From the human T2T-CHM13v2.0 reference genome, Homo sapiens: DNA of 64,000 bases. Below, piece by piece: positions 27,396 to 39,870 of this stretch. The stretch lies in NCBI RefSeq assembly GCF_009914755.1, contig NC_060926.1, one strand, 5' to 3'. The notes under the pieces were generated by a model. That model worked only from the letters and a program-made list of their open reading frames with translations. It had not been told where the DNA came from and ran no database searches. A program made the position numbers and the translations under genes. Position 1 is the first letter of the stretch; every line of letters starts with the position of its first letter.

Positions 27396-30300
27396 AATAC
27401 AATGCATTTGTACCAGAATACAAATACAATATATTGATATTGTATGTAAACATCATATACTTATCACTGATTAAGGAAAGGCAAGGCTTCTGATATAATG
27501 CATTTTTTCTTCTTTCCAAACACTGCCTTTTATGCTCTTGGAATGAGGCTTTCTATGTCATTTTAGGGTGCTGAATTGACAAGGGATAACCTTATGATTT
27601 TTATTATCCACTTGTCCTTGTCATTGTCTCTTGAGAATTACACTTTTGAAGTCTTTTGACCTTTAAAATCTATTGCTTTTGTCACATTTGAGATCATTTT
27701 CTGTGCTTGTTTCCTAGGCTTATTTTATATTTATCATTTTAAAAGAAAGAAATTAAATAGCATCAAACTAATGAACTGATTTCTTAGAATTCTTAAATGC
27801 TACCCAAGTGGAATAAATTGAGCTCCAACTCTTAAGAAAAAAACTTGTTTATAAGAAGCTATGTCTCCATGAATATATATGTATGTGTATGACTGGGTAT
27901 ACATACTGCCTAATAGACATAATCATTTAAATAGTAAAACCAGGAACTAGTGGCCTATACACAGATAAATGACACAAGAATTACTATGTAATTGATTTTA
28001 TTTCATTATTATTCCCTGTATCATTTTCGTTCCTACAACTATACTGCAAATGGGAATTTTGTCTAATACATCAAAAATTACCTAGCAAACAGCTGATCAT
28101 TTTTAAAGGAAATGAATAGTTGTATTAAAATGTTTAGCTTAATCAGGGGCAAATTAAAATCTGTAATGTTTTTATATCTCTTTCAAAGTTTGTAGATAAT
28201 GAGGTTGGGTTTATTCTCTTATGTTGGTTTGGTTTTCTCTTCCAGTTCTTGTCATGTAATGTTTAACTATAAAAGGTCTAGTAAAAAGGTATGTAAGAAC
28301 CTTTTCAGGCATCTATTGTACCTTTCTTCTGTCTACAGCTAGAGATACTTGATCCATACTCACCCCTGCCACAGGCTTTAGATTTAGTATATGTCATTAC
28401 AAGATAAAATTTAGTTTAGTAGACAATTCATTATAAAATCAACTGATGTTTTCAGTTTTATTTTGACCTCACATTATAGGAATACACTCTAGCTTCAATA
28501 ATTCAGTTCCTAGCTAATTGCCAAGGAGGCCCTATCTTAGCAAATACCTTTTCATTATTCTGTGTCTTTCCATACCAGGACTCTGCCTTGCTATTGTGCA
28601 AACTTTCCTAAGTATGATTCTTGAATTTAAGTTCGATATTGGAAAGAACAATCTATAGACAAGCGACACCCATATGTCTATGTCACTCAATACTGAATAC
28701 TCCTGTAATGCGCTTTTCTCATCTGCCTACCTGCCCAGCTATCTCTTAGCATTTCTATATCTCCCCAATACTAAACTAATACCTACAGTGAGACCACACT
28801 CTTCAGGAACTATTCTTCAGTCAGCATATTAGATTTCTCATACCTACACCTGACATTGTCTACCACTTCTAGTCCCAAGTCCCAGCCTCATATTGAGAAT
28901 ATATTTAGCTACTTTCAGGTTTAACCTAAACTGCTGTCTATAAAAGCTATGAATCTTTTCTTCAAGCCATTACTACTGTTATTCTTTTCCTTTCTTTCTA
29001 AAGCTTTATTTCTTCCTCAAGGTGTATTTAATCTATAGCATATAATATGGTACCTTAAGTATAATATTAGATGTCTCATTCAAATACTGTGTATCAATAA
29101 TAACGTTGATCTAGTTTGTGTAAATATTTTTCCAAAAAGAAATTGCTTAATTTATATTTCTGGGTAGTATGTAATATAAAACTACCCATGTACTATATAC
29201 ATGGTACATGTACTATATACATGGTATGTATATAGTATTTAATACCAAAGCCTGGGTAGTGATGGTAACCATATTATGATAACCAAACACAAGGTAAACC
29301 TTAATATTTTTTCCTGTAATCTTAACAAGACATAACTGTTTTCTGTATTTATGTTTTGTATTATTTTTAAATGATCATAGAGACCTTGAAAATACCTACA
29401 ATGTTGTTCTCTTTAACATCCCCTAGAACAAAAATAAAGTGTTTTCTTGTCTTTGTGTTCTCTTTATGAAGTATATTTTCATTTTGTTTCAAATGCAAAT
29501 GGAACTGTAATAGGCAAGAGGATGCCACAGACTCATATTTTTCATAAAATCATCAGAAGTCATCTCAGATTTTCAGCAAATGCTGACTTTCTCTCTTTCA
29601 AAGCTAAGGTAAGTATGAGAGATAATTTTAACATTTATTTATCAGCTTATAAATTTCTGAGAAGTGAAGATGATACTCAGGGCATGAAAAATAGGAAATC
29701 CCTGAACAGGATGATATTAAAAGTAATAAAGAGAAAAGGAAAAACTATACTCAAATACCTATAGTTCTTTATGTGTAAAACAAATGTGATGGGCCTCTTT
29801 AATAGAAGTCCAAAAATTCTAACATTTTTACACTTTGAAAGTATAAAAACTTGATAATGACATATACTTACAATCACTTCCTACCACTATCATTTGGTCC
29901 CTGAAATTGTCTATTAAGACATTTGGTCCTCTGAAATTGGCTATTAAGCAATGGAACAAAGTTTGCTGATGGCAAAATTTTCATGAAAAACTAACATTTC
30001 CTAAGTGCTTACTAAAATATATCACTTTTACAAAAGAAAGGCACAAGCTTCACATGATACCAAAAACTGATCAGTTGATAGGGATTTTACCCAAATGTAT
30101 AAGGAGAAAGAATGAGATGCATTTTCATTACTTGTAGATATGGTCGGTTGGCAGCTTTGAATTTTGATCTGAGGCATAGTAAAGACAGCAAGATGACAAA
30201 GACAATGCTAGGAGTCATCCAAGCAGCAATGACAGTTAAACCTTCAGGAAAGGATGAGTTCTTCCAGGATAGAAGCAAAAGAAAGGATATATTGGGCTAT

Positions 30301-30559
30301 ATATAGACACAGAAGACTATAGTCTAGGATCCAAAGAAATATAGCATTTGGTGGTCAGAAAGCTTATGGACAATATTTACTCAAAATCAGCCATTGTAGT
30401 TGATGATTAAATGATTGGAGACATTTAAAATAGCAGTTTCAATAGAGTAATCTGATGCCATCCTATACATACTTCTAGTATGACACTGATTATAAAGATA
30501 TTTATATTTTCACTGTATATTTACATATAGGATGTATATTATAGACTATTCATTATTAT

Positions 30560-30760
30560 ATGTCTATATTTCTATGTGCGTATAATATAAAAATACACAA
30601 AATATCATGGCATGCCATTCAATAAATTTCCACAAAGTAAACACACCTGTGTAATTAGCACTCAAGTCTAGAAATAGAACATTATCAGCCACTCATAAAT
30701 TCCACCCCTCCCTTTTCTAGTAACTATCTCCCAAGCAATAATAATCAATTATGTATCATC
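30560..30760 (-). mobile_element. L1M 3' end fragment
   Basis: AAATTTCCACAAAGTAAACACACCTGTGTAATTAGCACTCAAGTCTAGAAATAGAACATTATCAGC. Confidence 0.6.
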
Positions 30761-31149
30761 TTAAACCCAGCAGAGTTCACAGTCTTTAGAACTCAATACA
30801 AAAGCTAGGAAGGGAAATAAAAGGGAGTGAAGAAAATGAGGGCACACTTTAGTCTCATGACCCAATTACTCAATATTTATAGTTTTTATGCCATGTTGAA
30901 TGTAAAAATAGGCTATAGGAGGAGATATCAGAGAAAAGAAGACATAATCTCTTTCTCAGTGATGGCTTTCTAACCTTGAACTACCTACTCCCCTTTGAGA
31001 TTAAAATTATGTAACCAGTACCTAGAAAAATACCAATATATTTGAATTAATTACTTGAAATATTTCTTTTAAACAGATAAATTCTGATATAGAGACTCAG
31101 TGACAATATGTGCTGATGAACCCACACAAAACTAGAACATTATATTCAA

Positions 31150-31680
31150 AATCTATGCTTGTCATTATGGGCATTGAGACATTAAGTCCCAGGTGCCCTT
31201 AAACCTCCAACTCCACCTAACATCCGCGTGCATCCTCTCTAGCCTCTCTTTTTCCTTTATGGAGAGCGTCCTACCCCAACACACACAAATAAAGGACAAT
31301 TATTCCACTATTGCTCAGAGTCCTACATCATCCTGACAAACTAAGAGTTTTACAGCATCAAATAACCCTTCTTTCTTATGTACATTCAACTCATATCTCA
31401 TTTGTATTGTTCCTAATGATATTTAAACATGGTTAATTTTCTTTACATCTTAAAAAATGAAAGCATTTCCTTGATTCTCACATCTCATCCAGTTTTCACT
31501 TTTACTCTCTTCTTTTTATTATAGCTATTTCAGGAAACAGTTTTCTCTATACTTGTTGTCTCTATTTTCTCAAGTATTGCTAACTAGCCAACTCATTTCA
31601 GTGAATTTATTAGAGGCAGCCAGGTCATTAAACTGAAGAGCATCTTTTTTTAAGTCTTCATGTTGCTTGTCTTTATACCA
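31150..31680 (+). mobile_element. L2 internal remnant
   Basis: Pyrimidine-rich degenerate L2 ORF2 motifs (CATCTTAAAAAA, TATACTTGTTGTCTCTATTTTCTC). Confidence 0.5.
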
Positions 31681-31889
31681 GTGAAACATTCTGTGAATTC
31701 TAGGTGCAGAATTTTAAGCCAGTGTCTAAAAATCATGTAATGACAATTCAACGTCAATTTATTAATGTACCTAAAATGTTATTTATCAGTAACCAAACAA
31801 ATATTTATTCTTAATTTTAAATTTTCCCTTAAAAGAAATAATGTAAGTTAGGAAAAAGAAAAGTCTTCTAAAGTTCTTTCTCCAAGGAA

Positions 31890-32880
31890 AATGGAGTGCA
31901 GAGGGGGGCATATCCTATAAGAGCCTTGGATGCCACTGGAAGGATTTGGCTCTTACTCTGAGTGAGATGAGAAGCCAGTCCAAGTTTCTGAATATAAGAT
32001 GACATGATCTGACTTTTTGGAGAAGTGAAGGAAAGATGTCTTGCTGTCACCCAAACTGGAGTGTATTCATAGTTCACTGCAGCCTTGAACTCCTGGATTC
32101 AAGCGATCCTCCTGCCTCAGTCTCCCAAGTACCTGGGATTGCAGGCAGGAGCCACTTCACCTGGCATGATCTGACCATTTAAAAGGATTACTCTGGCCAC
32201 AGGATAGACAGTAGACTAATATGAGGAAGCAAAGGTAGAAGCAGGGAGGCCAGATGAGAGACTATTGACATAACCCAGGAGAAAGATAATTGTCAGTTTG
32301 GATCTGAATGGAAGCAGCAAGGGTGGTGAGCACTGCTTCAGAGTCCAGATTATTCTAAAGATAGAGACAAGAGAATTGTCTGGGGTGTTGCATGGAGGTG
32401 GGATGTGAGTGAGAGAGGAGAGTCAGGTTGACCAAAGCTTTCTGACTTGGCTACCTGGAAGGAAAATGTTATCAATAACTGAGGTAATAAAGACTTCAAA
32501 ATAAGCAGGTTTTGGGGTGTGGACAATGGAGATGGGGAGTGTGTATTGGAATCTGTTGTGGTGCCCATTAGATAGCCAAGAGGAGATGCTGATTAGGCAG
32601 TTGTAAACATGAGTCTCAAAGACTCCTTGATGAGATTTAAATTTGGAGTCATCAGTATAGAGACACTAAATCATGAACCTGGATGAGATCACTACAGTAG
32701 TGGATAAAAAGTAAAAAGAGGACAAACTATTAAATTTTTCACTGCTTCAATATTAAAAGATCCAAGAAGAGAGAACAGAGCAGAAAAGGAGATTTTGAAA
32801 GAGCCTCCCACGAGGTAGGAGAACAAGGAAAGTGTAGTGTTCTGGCACTTGGTGATGATAGTGCTTCTGGAAAGAATTCA
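31890..32880 (-). mobile_element. L2 LINE remnant
   Basis: GGATTTGGCTCTTACTCTGAGTGAGATGAGAAGCCA, TTTAAAAGGATTACTCTGGC, AATTTGGAGTCATCAGTATAGA. Confidence 0.85.
32014..32165 (-). mobile_element. Free Alu monomer (FRAM/FAM-like) inserted in L2
   Basis: CACTGCAGCCTTGAACTCCTGGATTCAAGCGATCCTCCTGCCTCAG; TSD ATGATCTGAC at 32004-32013 and 32166-32175. Confidence 0.85.
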
Positions 32881-33028
32881 GTAAATTTTAGTTATCCCTA
32901 TTATGACAAACACTGACAGGAAATAAAAGCACAAGTGAATATTCTTCTGTTCTAGGAATCTATCAGTTTCTAAATATTTTTTCTATTTTCTTTTTCTTTT
33001 CAAGGGGAGGCAAGGTCCTTTCTCAAAT

Positions 33029-33413
33029 TGTATTAGTCTGTTTTCATACTACTATAAAGAACCGTTGAGACTGGATAATTTATAAAGGAAAGAGGCTTAA
33101 TTGACTCACAGTTTAGCATGGCTGGGGAGGCCCCAGGAAACTCACAATAATGGCAGAAGGTGAAAGGGACACAAGGCACCTTCTTCACAAGGCGGCAGGA
33201 AGGAGTAATGCCGAGTGAAGGGGAAGAGCCCCTTATAAAACCATCAGATCTCATGAGAACTCATTCACTACCATTAGAACACATGGGGGAAACTGCCCCC
33301 GTAATTCAATTGCCTCTACCTGGTCTCTCCCTTGACACATAGGGATTATGGAGATTATGGGGATTAAAATTCAAGATGAGATTTGTGTGGAGACATGAAG
33401 ACTAATCTTATCA
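33029..33413 (-). mobile_element. THE1 (THE1C/D-like) solo LTR
   Basis: TGTATTAGTCTGTTTTCATACT...CTTATCA; TSD CAAAT at 33024-33028 and 33414-33418. Confidence 0.92.
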
Positions 33414-33569
33414 CAAATAGTCTGCTAATATTATCAGCTACTTATATTTATAACTCTCTAGTTCTTGGCAAACGTAAGTTGCCAGATCATTAGAAGTTGG
33501 AGAATATTTCTTTAAAACAAAATTATTAGAAACATGGTTAAAAAATGTTTTGGAATTACTCTAGGTGGG

Positions 33570-34016
33570 TATATGAGTCAGTGTTTAATCAGAGAAGCCA
33601 AACCAGCAGTTTAATATATATTGGTTGGCAGGTGGAGAGAGTGTGCTATTTATTACAAGGCATTGGCTTATACCTTGTGGGGCTGGCTAGGTAAGCCTGA
33701 AGTTTATAGGATAGGCAGTCAGAAAGAAAAGATCACAGTAGGCTTGAACCCACTGACAGTAGGCACAGGCTGATGCTGTCATCCCTAGGCAGAATTTCAT
33801 CTCTTGTTTTCTCTCTCTCTCTCTCTCCCCTCAGCACTGCTTTTATGGGCTTCCAACTGATTCAGTCAGGTCCACCCTTCTTTACTGAATGATACCTGAT
33901 TAGGGGCTTTAATTACATCTGCAAAATCTCTTCATAGCAACAACTAGATTAGTGTTTGATTGAATAATTGGAGAGACTGCAGCCTAGCCAAGTTGACACA
34001 ATAAAAAAGCTACCAA
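33570..34016 (-). mobile_element. Old MLT2-type LTR
   Basis: ATTTATTACAAGGCATTGGCTTAT, AACTGATTCAGTCAGGTCCACCC, CCTAGCCAAGTTGACACA. Confidence 0.75.
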
Positions 34017-34079
34017 AATGGGAATACAATTCACTTCTATTTTATTCTAGCTAGTGCTAGTGTGAAGAACTATAGCCTA

Positions 34080-34455
34080 TTTTACTCCATTTTCTTCTGC
34101 TGTAACAGAATACCACATATTGGGTAGTTTATGAAGAACTGAAGTTTTTTGGCTCATATTTTTGGAGGTGGAGAAGTCCAAGAGCAGGGTGCTGGCATCT
34201 GATGGGGGTCATCCTATAGCAGAAGACAGAAGTGAGTACACAAATGGAGAGGAAATCAGGCTGAACTCATTCTTTTTATCAGGAATCCACTCCCATGATA
34301 ACTAACCCACTCCGACGATAATGGCATTAATGCCTTTCTGAGGGTGAAGCCCTCATGGCCTAATCACGTCTAAAAGGCCCTACCTCTTAATACTGTTACA
34401 ATGGCAATTAAGTTCCCAACACATGAGATTTGGGGGAACACATTCAAATGAAGGC
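34080..34455 (-). mobile_element. MSTD/MLT1A-type MaLR LTR
   Basis: TGCTGTAACAGAATACCACA...GGAGAAGTCCAAG...GGGGAACACATTCAAA. Confidence 0.8.
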
Positions 34456-34769
34456 CTAGCTCTTATCTTAATTTTTTAAAAAATTGTATTATATTGTACT
34501 GACACAGTTTTCCCACTGCAAGAGCTTAACTCTATCATAAATGCTTTTTCTAATTGCTTCCTCCTTTTAAATTCCCAAACACAAAATTAAGATTCCTTAT
34601 ACAAATGCATGATTAATAATACTCAAACACTAATTAACCTCACTTCTCTCAAAGTTCATGTTCTTTTATTCCTCTTTCTTTCAAGACAGACTACATTTTT
34701 GGAAAACAATTTTTGTTTCAAAAAATGTAACATAACATTTTTCCAAAATTGCTTTTTTTTTTTTCTAGC

Positions 34770-37700
34770 AGTATAGTAAATCACTTAGCTTGAAAGATTC
34801 TCCAAATAAAAACAAAAATGCTGGATAAAATACATTTTAAATGTATTGCTTATTTTGCATGAAAATAGGGAAACTAACGAGTCCAAAACCAAAATTCATA
34901 AAGGTACTCTGAAAACCCATCAAATGTCAATGCTAATATTGTCCTACATGTTTTCTGCCAAGATCCAGAGACTCAGGGTATATGTTAAACCTATGGCCTG
35001 CCCAGATAGGACCTCTTTGAGGAGACCTTCAACATAAAGCTTGAAACCTAAAAGGCTACATATAGAGCAAGAGTGAATGACAACTAAAATATAAAACCCA
35101 CTCACAAAATTTAGACAATGAGGAAATGTTCCAGTCCTGACTTTGTACTGAGTGGGTAAAAGTCTTTTCCTAAGAATTTATAACTGCAAACTGTTCCACA
35201 TACAAATTTTTAATCTGAATAGACAGCACTTGTTTGGGCTGGGGAAAGAAAAAAACAGCAACATTCAAAGGGAGAACTTAAAGTGGCTATGAGTTGGTAG
35301 CACCCCCAGTGAGCACCAACACAAACAAAAATCTCGTTTAGCAAAATGCAATTTAATTTAAATGATGCTCATAGGTAGAAAGTTCAGAGTCAGAAATAAA
35401 ACACACAGAAACAAGATACTACAAGTGAAAGCTGGCAGAAACAACCAAAAAAAAAAGATTCTGAGTTGTAAAGATTTTATATGTTAGAATTATCAGAGGG
35501 CATAAAATAACTCTTATTTTTAAAAATAGACCCTTAAGTCATAAAAATATTAAAAATGTCCAACCAGATTCATAAAATAACAAAATACAAGTTATGAATA
35601 TTAAGAAATAAAATATTCAAAATTAAACTGTCAATGGAGAGACAAAAAGCAGATAGTGATTTGGAAGATAAATTATAGAAAATGCAGCATATGAAGACAG
35701 GAAGGTGTGAAAGGGAGATTAAGAGGAAATAAACATATGATAGAGAAAAGGGAAAGAAGCAGTATAGCAGGAATAAAATGTAGAATTATCCAGAATTATT
35801 GAAAGATAACACTCTTTGGATCTAGGAGGCCTAATGAATTCCCAACAGGGTAAGTAAAAACAAATCTACACCCATAAAGATCACAGTGAAACTATGAAAA
35901 TGAAAAACAAGAAACATTATTAAAAGGTGCCAGAGACAAGTCAAGTGAGTGGAAATTAGACAGACCTAGGAGTTCACAATATAAAATAAAAAGTGGAAGG
36001 CAGTGGAATAATATAAGTGGGCTGAAAAGTATTATTCTACCATGCTAAAATTTCACACCTAACAAAGTAACTTTCAGGAAGAAAGACAAAATTTAAATAT
36101 TTATGACCAAAAAATAAATAAAAATTTTAATGCCATTACTAGTAGAATTAAAATTCTAAGATAATATATTTCAGGCAGAGGATAATGATGCCAGATGGAG
36201 GTTTGAAGATAGAATTAATGGTAAGCAGTGAAAGTGGCAAATGTATAGGTACATTTGAATAAGTGTTGGCTATAAAAAATAATATATAAATTGTGAGATT
36301 AAAATAGATTGACATTGTTATGTTGCTTTTCTTATTTAAGAAAGTAAAGCTATTGATTAACTTTTGATTTTTAAGTATGCATATTAACATAGCTAGTCAC
36401 ATCTGAACTATAGACAAAGACACAAAAATTTCTAACTCATAGAGAGGTAGAGTGAGAAAAGAAAAAGCAGGAATCCTCAGTCCAAATTATACCATAAAAG
36501 GAGGGGGAGTGCTCCCTCCTTTTATGAAAAGGACAAATAGAAAGCCCATAATAAGGCCCTGAATATAAATTTAAATATAAATAATCTAAATGAATGCAAA
36601 AAGACTAAAAGGTCCACAAAATAAAGATTTTTATTGCTTAGGGAGACAAAGGGAAAAAACATGCAAGGTATGTTAATTATAACAGAAACTCCTAAAACAG
36701 AAGTATATTAAGAGCACTAAAGTCACCGAAAGAAAACATACATACACCAAAAAAATTCTAATAAAAAGTGAATTAGAATAACAATGTTGATAATTGACAA
36801 GATAGACTAAAGACCAACAAAATACAAAAGGTAAAGACATCATTAGATTGTTATAATTCAAAATTTGTATGCTTTAATATAAGTATACAAAGTATATAAA
36901 GCGAAGATGACCAAAAACAAGAAATTGACAAATCCATCATCATAGTTGGAAAATCTAGCAAATTTCTGTGAATAATTAATACACCAAGCAGACAGAAATC
37001 TGAAAAATAAAGGAGGTTTGAATAGAATAAAACACAAAGTTTGATTGAATGGACATATATTTAGAATATACCAAAATTTAAGAATATACATTTTTTTTCA
37101 ATGACCAAACACTTTAAAAAATTTACTGCATATGGCATCCCATAAAGGAAGCCTTATCCATTTCAAGATTGACATAAGAAAGACCATCTTTTTGGAAAAA
37201 ATTCAGTTAGAACCAGATATTAAGATTTATTCTAAAACTAAAATAATTCATAATAGGGTATAATTGGTACTACTGAAGAAATTTAAGATCATCAATATTT
37301 TAATATTACATGAAAGTAGCTACAGAAGACTACTTATGGGTATATGTGTTTCAGAAATGAGAAAAACTAAACAATATGGGAGGTTTTAGGATAACAGTGA
37401 CAAAATCACAAAAAGATTTAAAAAGTTATTAATACAAAATCATAATGATTACCTCTGGGCAAGAGGAAGGAACAAATGATTGATGTGAGGCACACAGAAG
37501 GCATCTAAAACAGCAGTTCTCAAAGTGTTGTCTGTGGACCCCCTTAGAGTCCCTGATACACTTTCAGGAAGTCTGTTAAATCCAAAGTATCTTAGTAATA
37601 AGATGTTATTGGTACATTTCACTTTTGTGGTCTCATTACTTAACTCAGTGAACCCATACTTCCCAAATGACTAATTCATAAAGTTTACAAATTATACATG

Positions 37701-38385
37701 GGTAAGAGATTCATTCAAAGTACAAAACAGATGAGTTTTAACATAAGGGTGTGTGAAAAGTTTCAAGTCCCACATTGCAACCAAACCTTTAAGAAGCTAC
37801 CACTAGTAAGTAGAATTTTGATATAGTATTGAAAATATCCATGATTATTTCAAAATATTCCACTCTTTTCCAGTTATGTCTGTGTAAGTATGGATTTCTT
37901 CATATATTTCAACCAAAGTATTAATAACATATTACAACAGGTTGAATAAAGCAATATAAAAAAATCTGCCAGATATTTACCAGATATTAAAGAGGATTGT
38001 AAAAATACAAAGCCATGTCACCTTACACACTAAAACATTTTTATTGTTTTGGAAAAGATATTTCATATACTGTAAGGTATAAGTTTATTATTTCTAAATT
38101 ATTAAATATTTTAAAAATTCCCCAGTTATAATGCCTTACATTGTAAACATCAATAGATACAACCTACCTAAACAAAAGCTCCTTGTGCTTGTCCATGAAT
38201 TTTGGAGTATAAAGTGTTCTGATACTAAAATATTAGATAACCATTGATCTATATATATAGTACTGCTAATATCTGATTTCTTAAACTGAGTAGTGGATAC
38301 ATATTTTTTCATTTTACTATTTTAATTTTAAATATGTATATTTTCTATACATATGAGGTAAATCACAATACATTTTTAAAGTTTT
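34770..38385 (+). mobile_element. Ancient L1M remnants (5'/ORF1, ORF2 start and 3' end pieces)
   Basis: A-rich sense L1 motifs (AAATCTACACCCATAAAGATCACAGTGAAACT, GAAATTGACAAATCCATCATCATAGTTGGAAA, GATTACCTCTGGG); may be more than one element. Confidence 0.7.
37511..38246. mobile_element. hAT-Charlie DNA transposon relic
   Basis: TIR-like ends CAGCAGTTCTCAAA and TTAGATAACCATTG; 8-bp TSD-like ATCTAAAA/ATCTATAT fitting the Charlie NTCTAGAN preference; host L1 resumes after it. Confidence 0.75.
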
Positions 38386-38838
38386 CTAAGCCATCTATTA
38401 TTCTTCACACATAGAAACTTTAAATAACAAGGTATCATGTTTTCCTAACCAGAAAATGGGGCTGAGGAAATGACACAAGGCATATATATCAATACATATA
38501 CATACATGCCTATAAATACAAAAAAGTCTATAAAAATATTGAGAGTAAATACAAGTATTTTTGTTGATCATGACACTCCAATTTGTGTCTGTTTTGTGAC
38601 TTAACATCCTATATAAGAGAATGGATTTCATATATTTATAAATTCACCATAGTATTAATAAATTTACATATTTCTAGGTAATAGTGCCTGCTTTTCCAAT
38701 GATTTTACAGAGGTATTTCTGATCACTAAAGCAAATATGTAAATGAGAAATGTCAAGCTAGTCTTCTTTTATATTTACCCATAGCAACTATGTTCTTCTC
38801 AGAGCACCAATAAGGCAAAAAAAAAATTGATTACTTAA

Positions 38839-39125
<287 letters not shown>

Positions 39126-39139
39126 TTATTATTGTATAA

Positions 39140-39870
39140 TAAAATATGTACTCAAATCATATCTGTGGTTCATGTTTTAGTAACACCATAATGAACAACA
39201 GAAACAACAAAAAACGGGCATAGTCCCTGACCCTAAGCTGCTGAAAGTGAGGGAAACAGGCATGAAACATATTAAAAACTATAATCCTAATTATAATTTA
39301 TGACAGGTGCTATGATGGAAAATCTCAGAGTATCATGATGGAAGATAACTGAAGGAAACAAGTAACCTATTATTGATTGGATGGTCAGGCACCAATCAAA
39401 CCCAAGGTACCTCATAGAAGGTAACAATTAAACCAAAATATAAGGATGAGAATAGCCCAATCCTGTGAACGCTAACGAAAATCACAATGACAGAGAATGT
39501 TAAGTGTTCAGATCCCAGGATAGGAGAGAACCAGCAGGCTAGAGGGACTGAAAAAAGTCTGGTGAGGCTGTAGTCTCATGTGTGTGAGAGTTAGCACCAG
39601 AAGACAGCACTTGAGAGTTGCTTGGTGGCCAGTCAGACCATGCAGAACTGAAGTAAGGAGTCTGACTTGTATTATAAACATTATAGGAAGCCCTTAAAGG
39701 ACTTTCAAATTGTGATGTGCCATGATCTGTTTTCTGTTTTTAAAGAGCGCCGTATTTATTTCACAAATGGATTAGACAGGAAAAAATGTGTAAGATGGGA
39801 GGCCAGGTGAGGGACAATGGCAAAAGGCAACATGAGATCTGATCATGGCTTCAACTAGTATTTGTGAAAT
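39140..39870 (-). mobile_element. L2 3' region
   Basis: ATAGTCCCTGACCCT, GGAAGCCCTTAAAGGACTTT, CATGATCTGTTTTCTGTTTTTAAAG. Confidence 0.75.

Noticed and set aside
29891-29949. 29-bp tandem duplication (similar ones at 9938-9961 and 51523-51586)
   Set aside because: Ordinary slippage duplications with no functional motif
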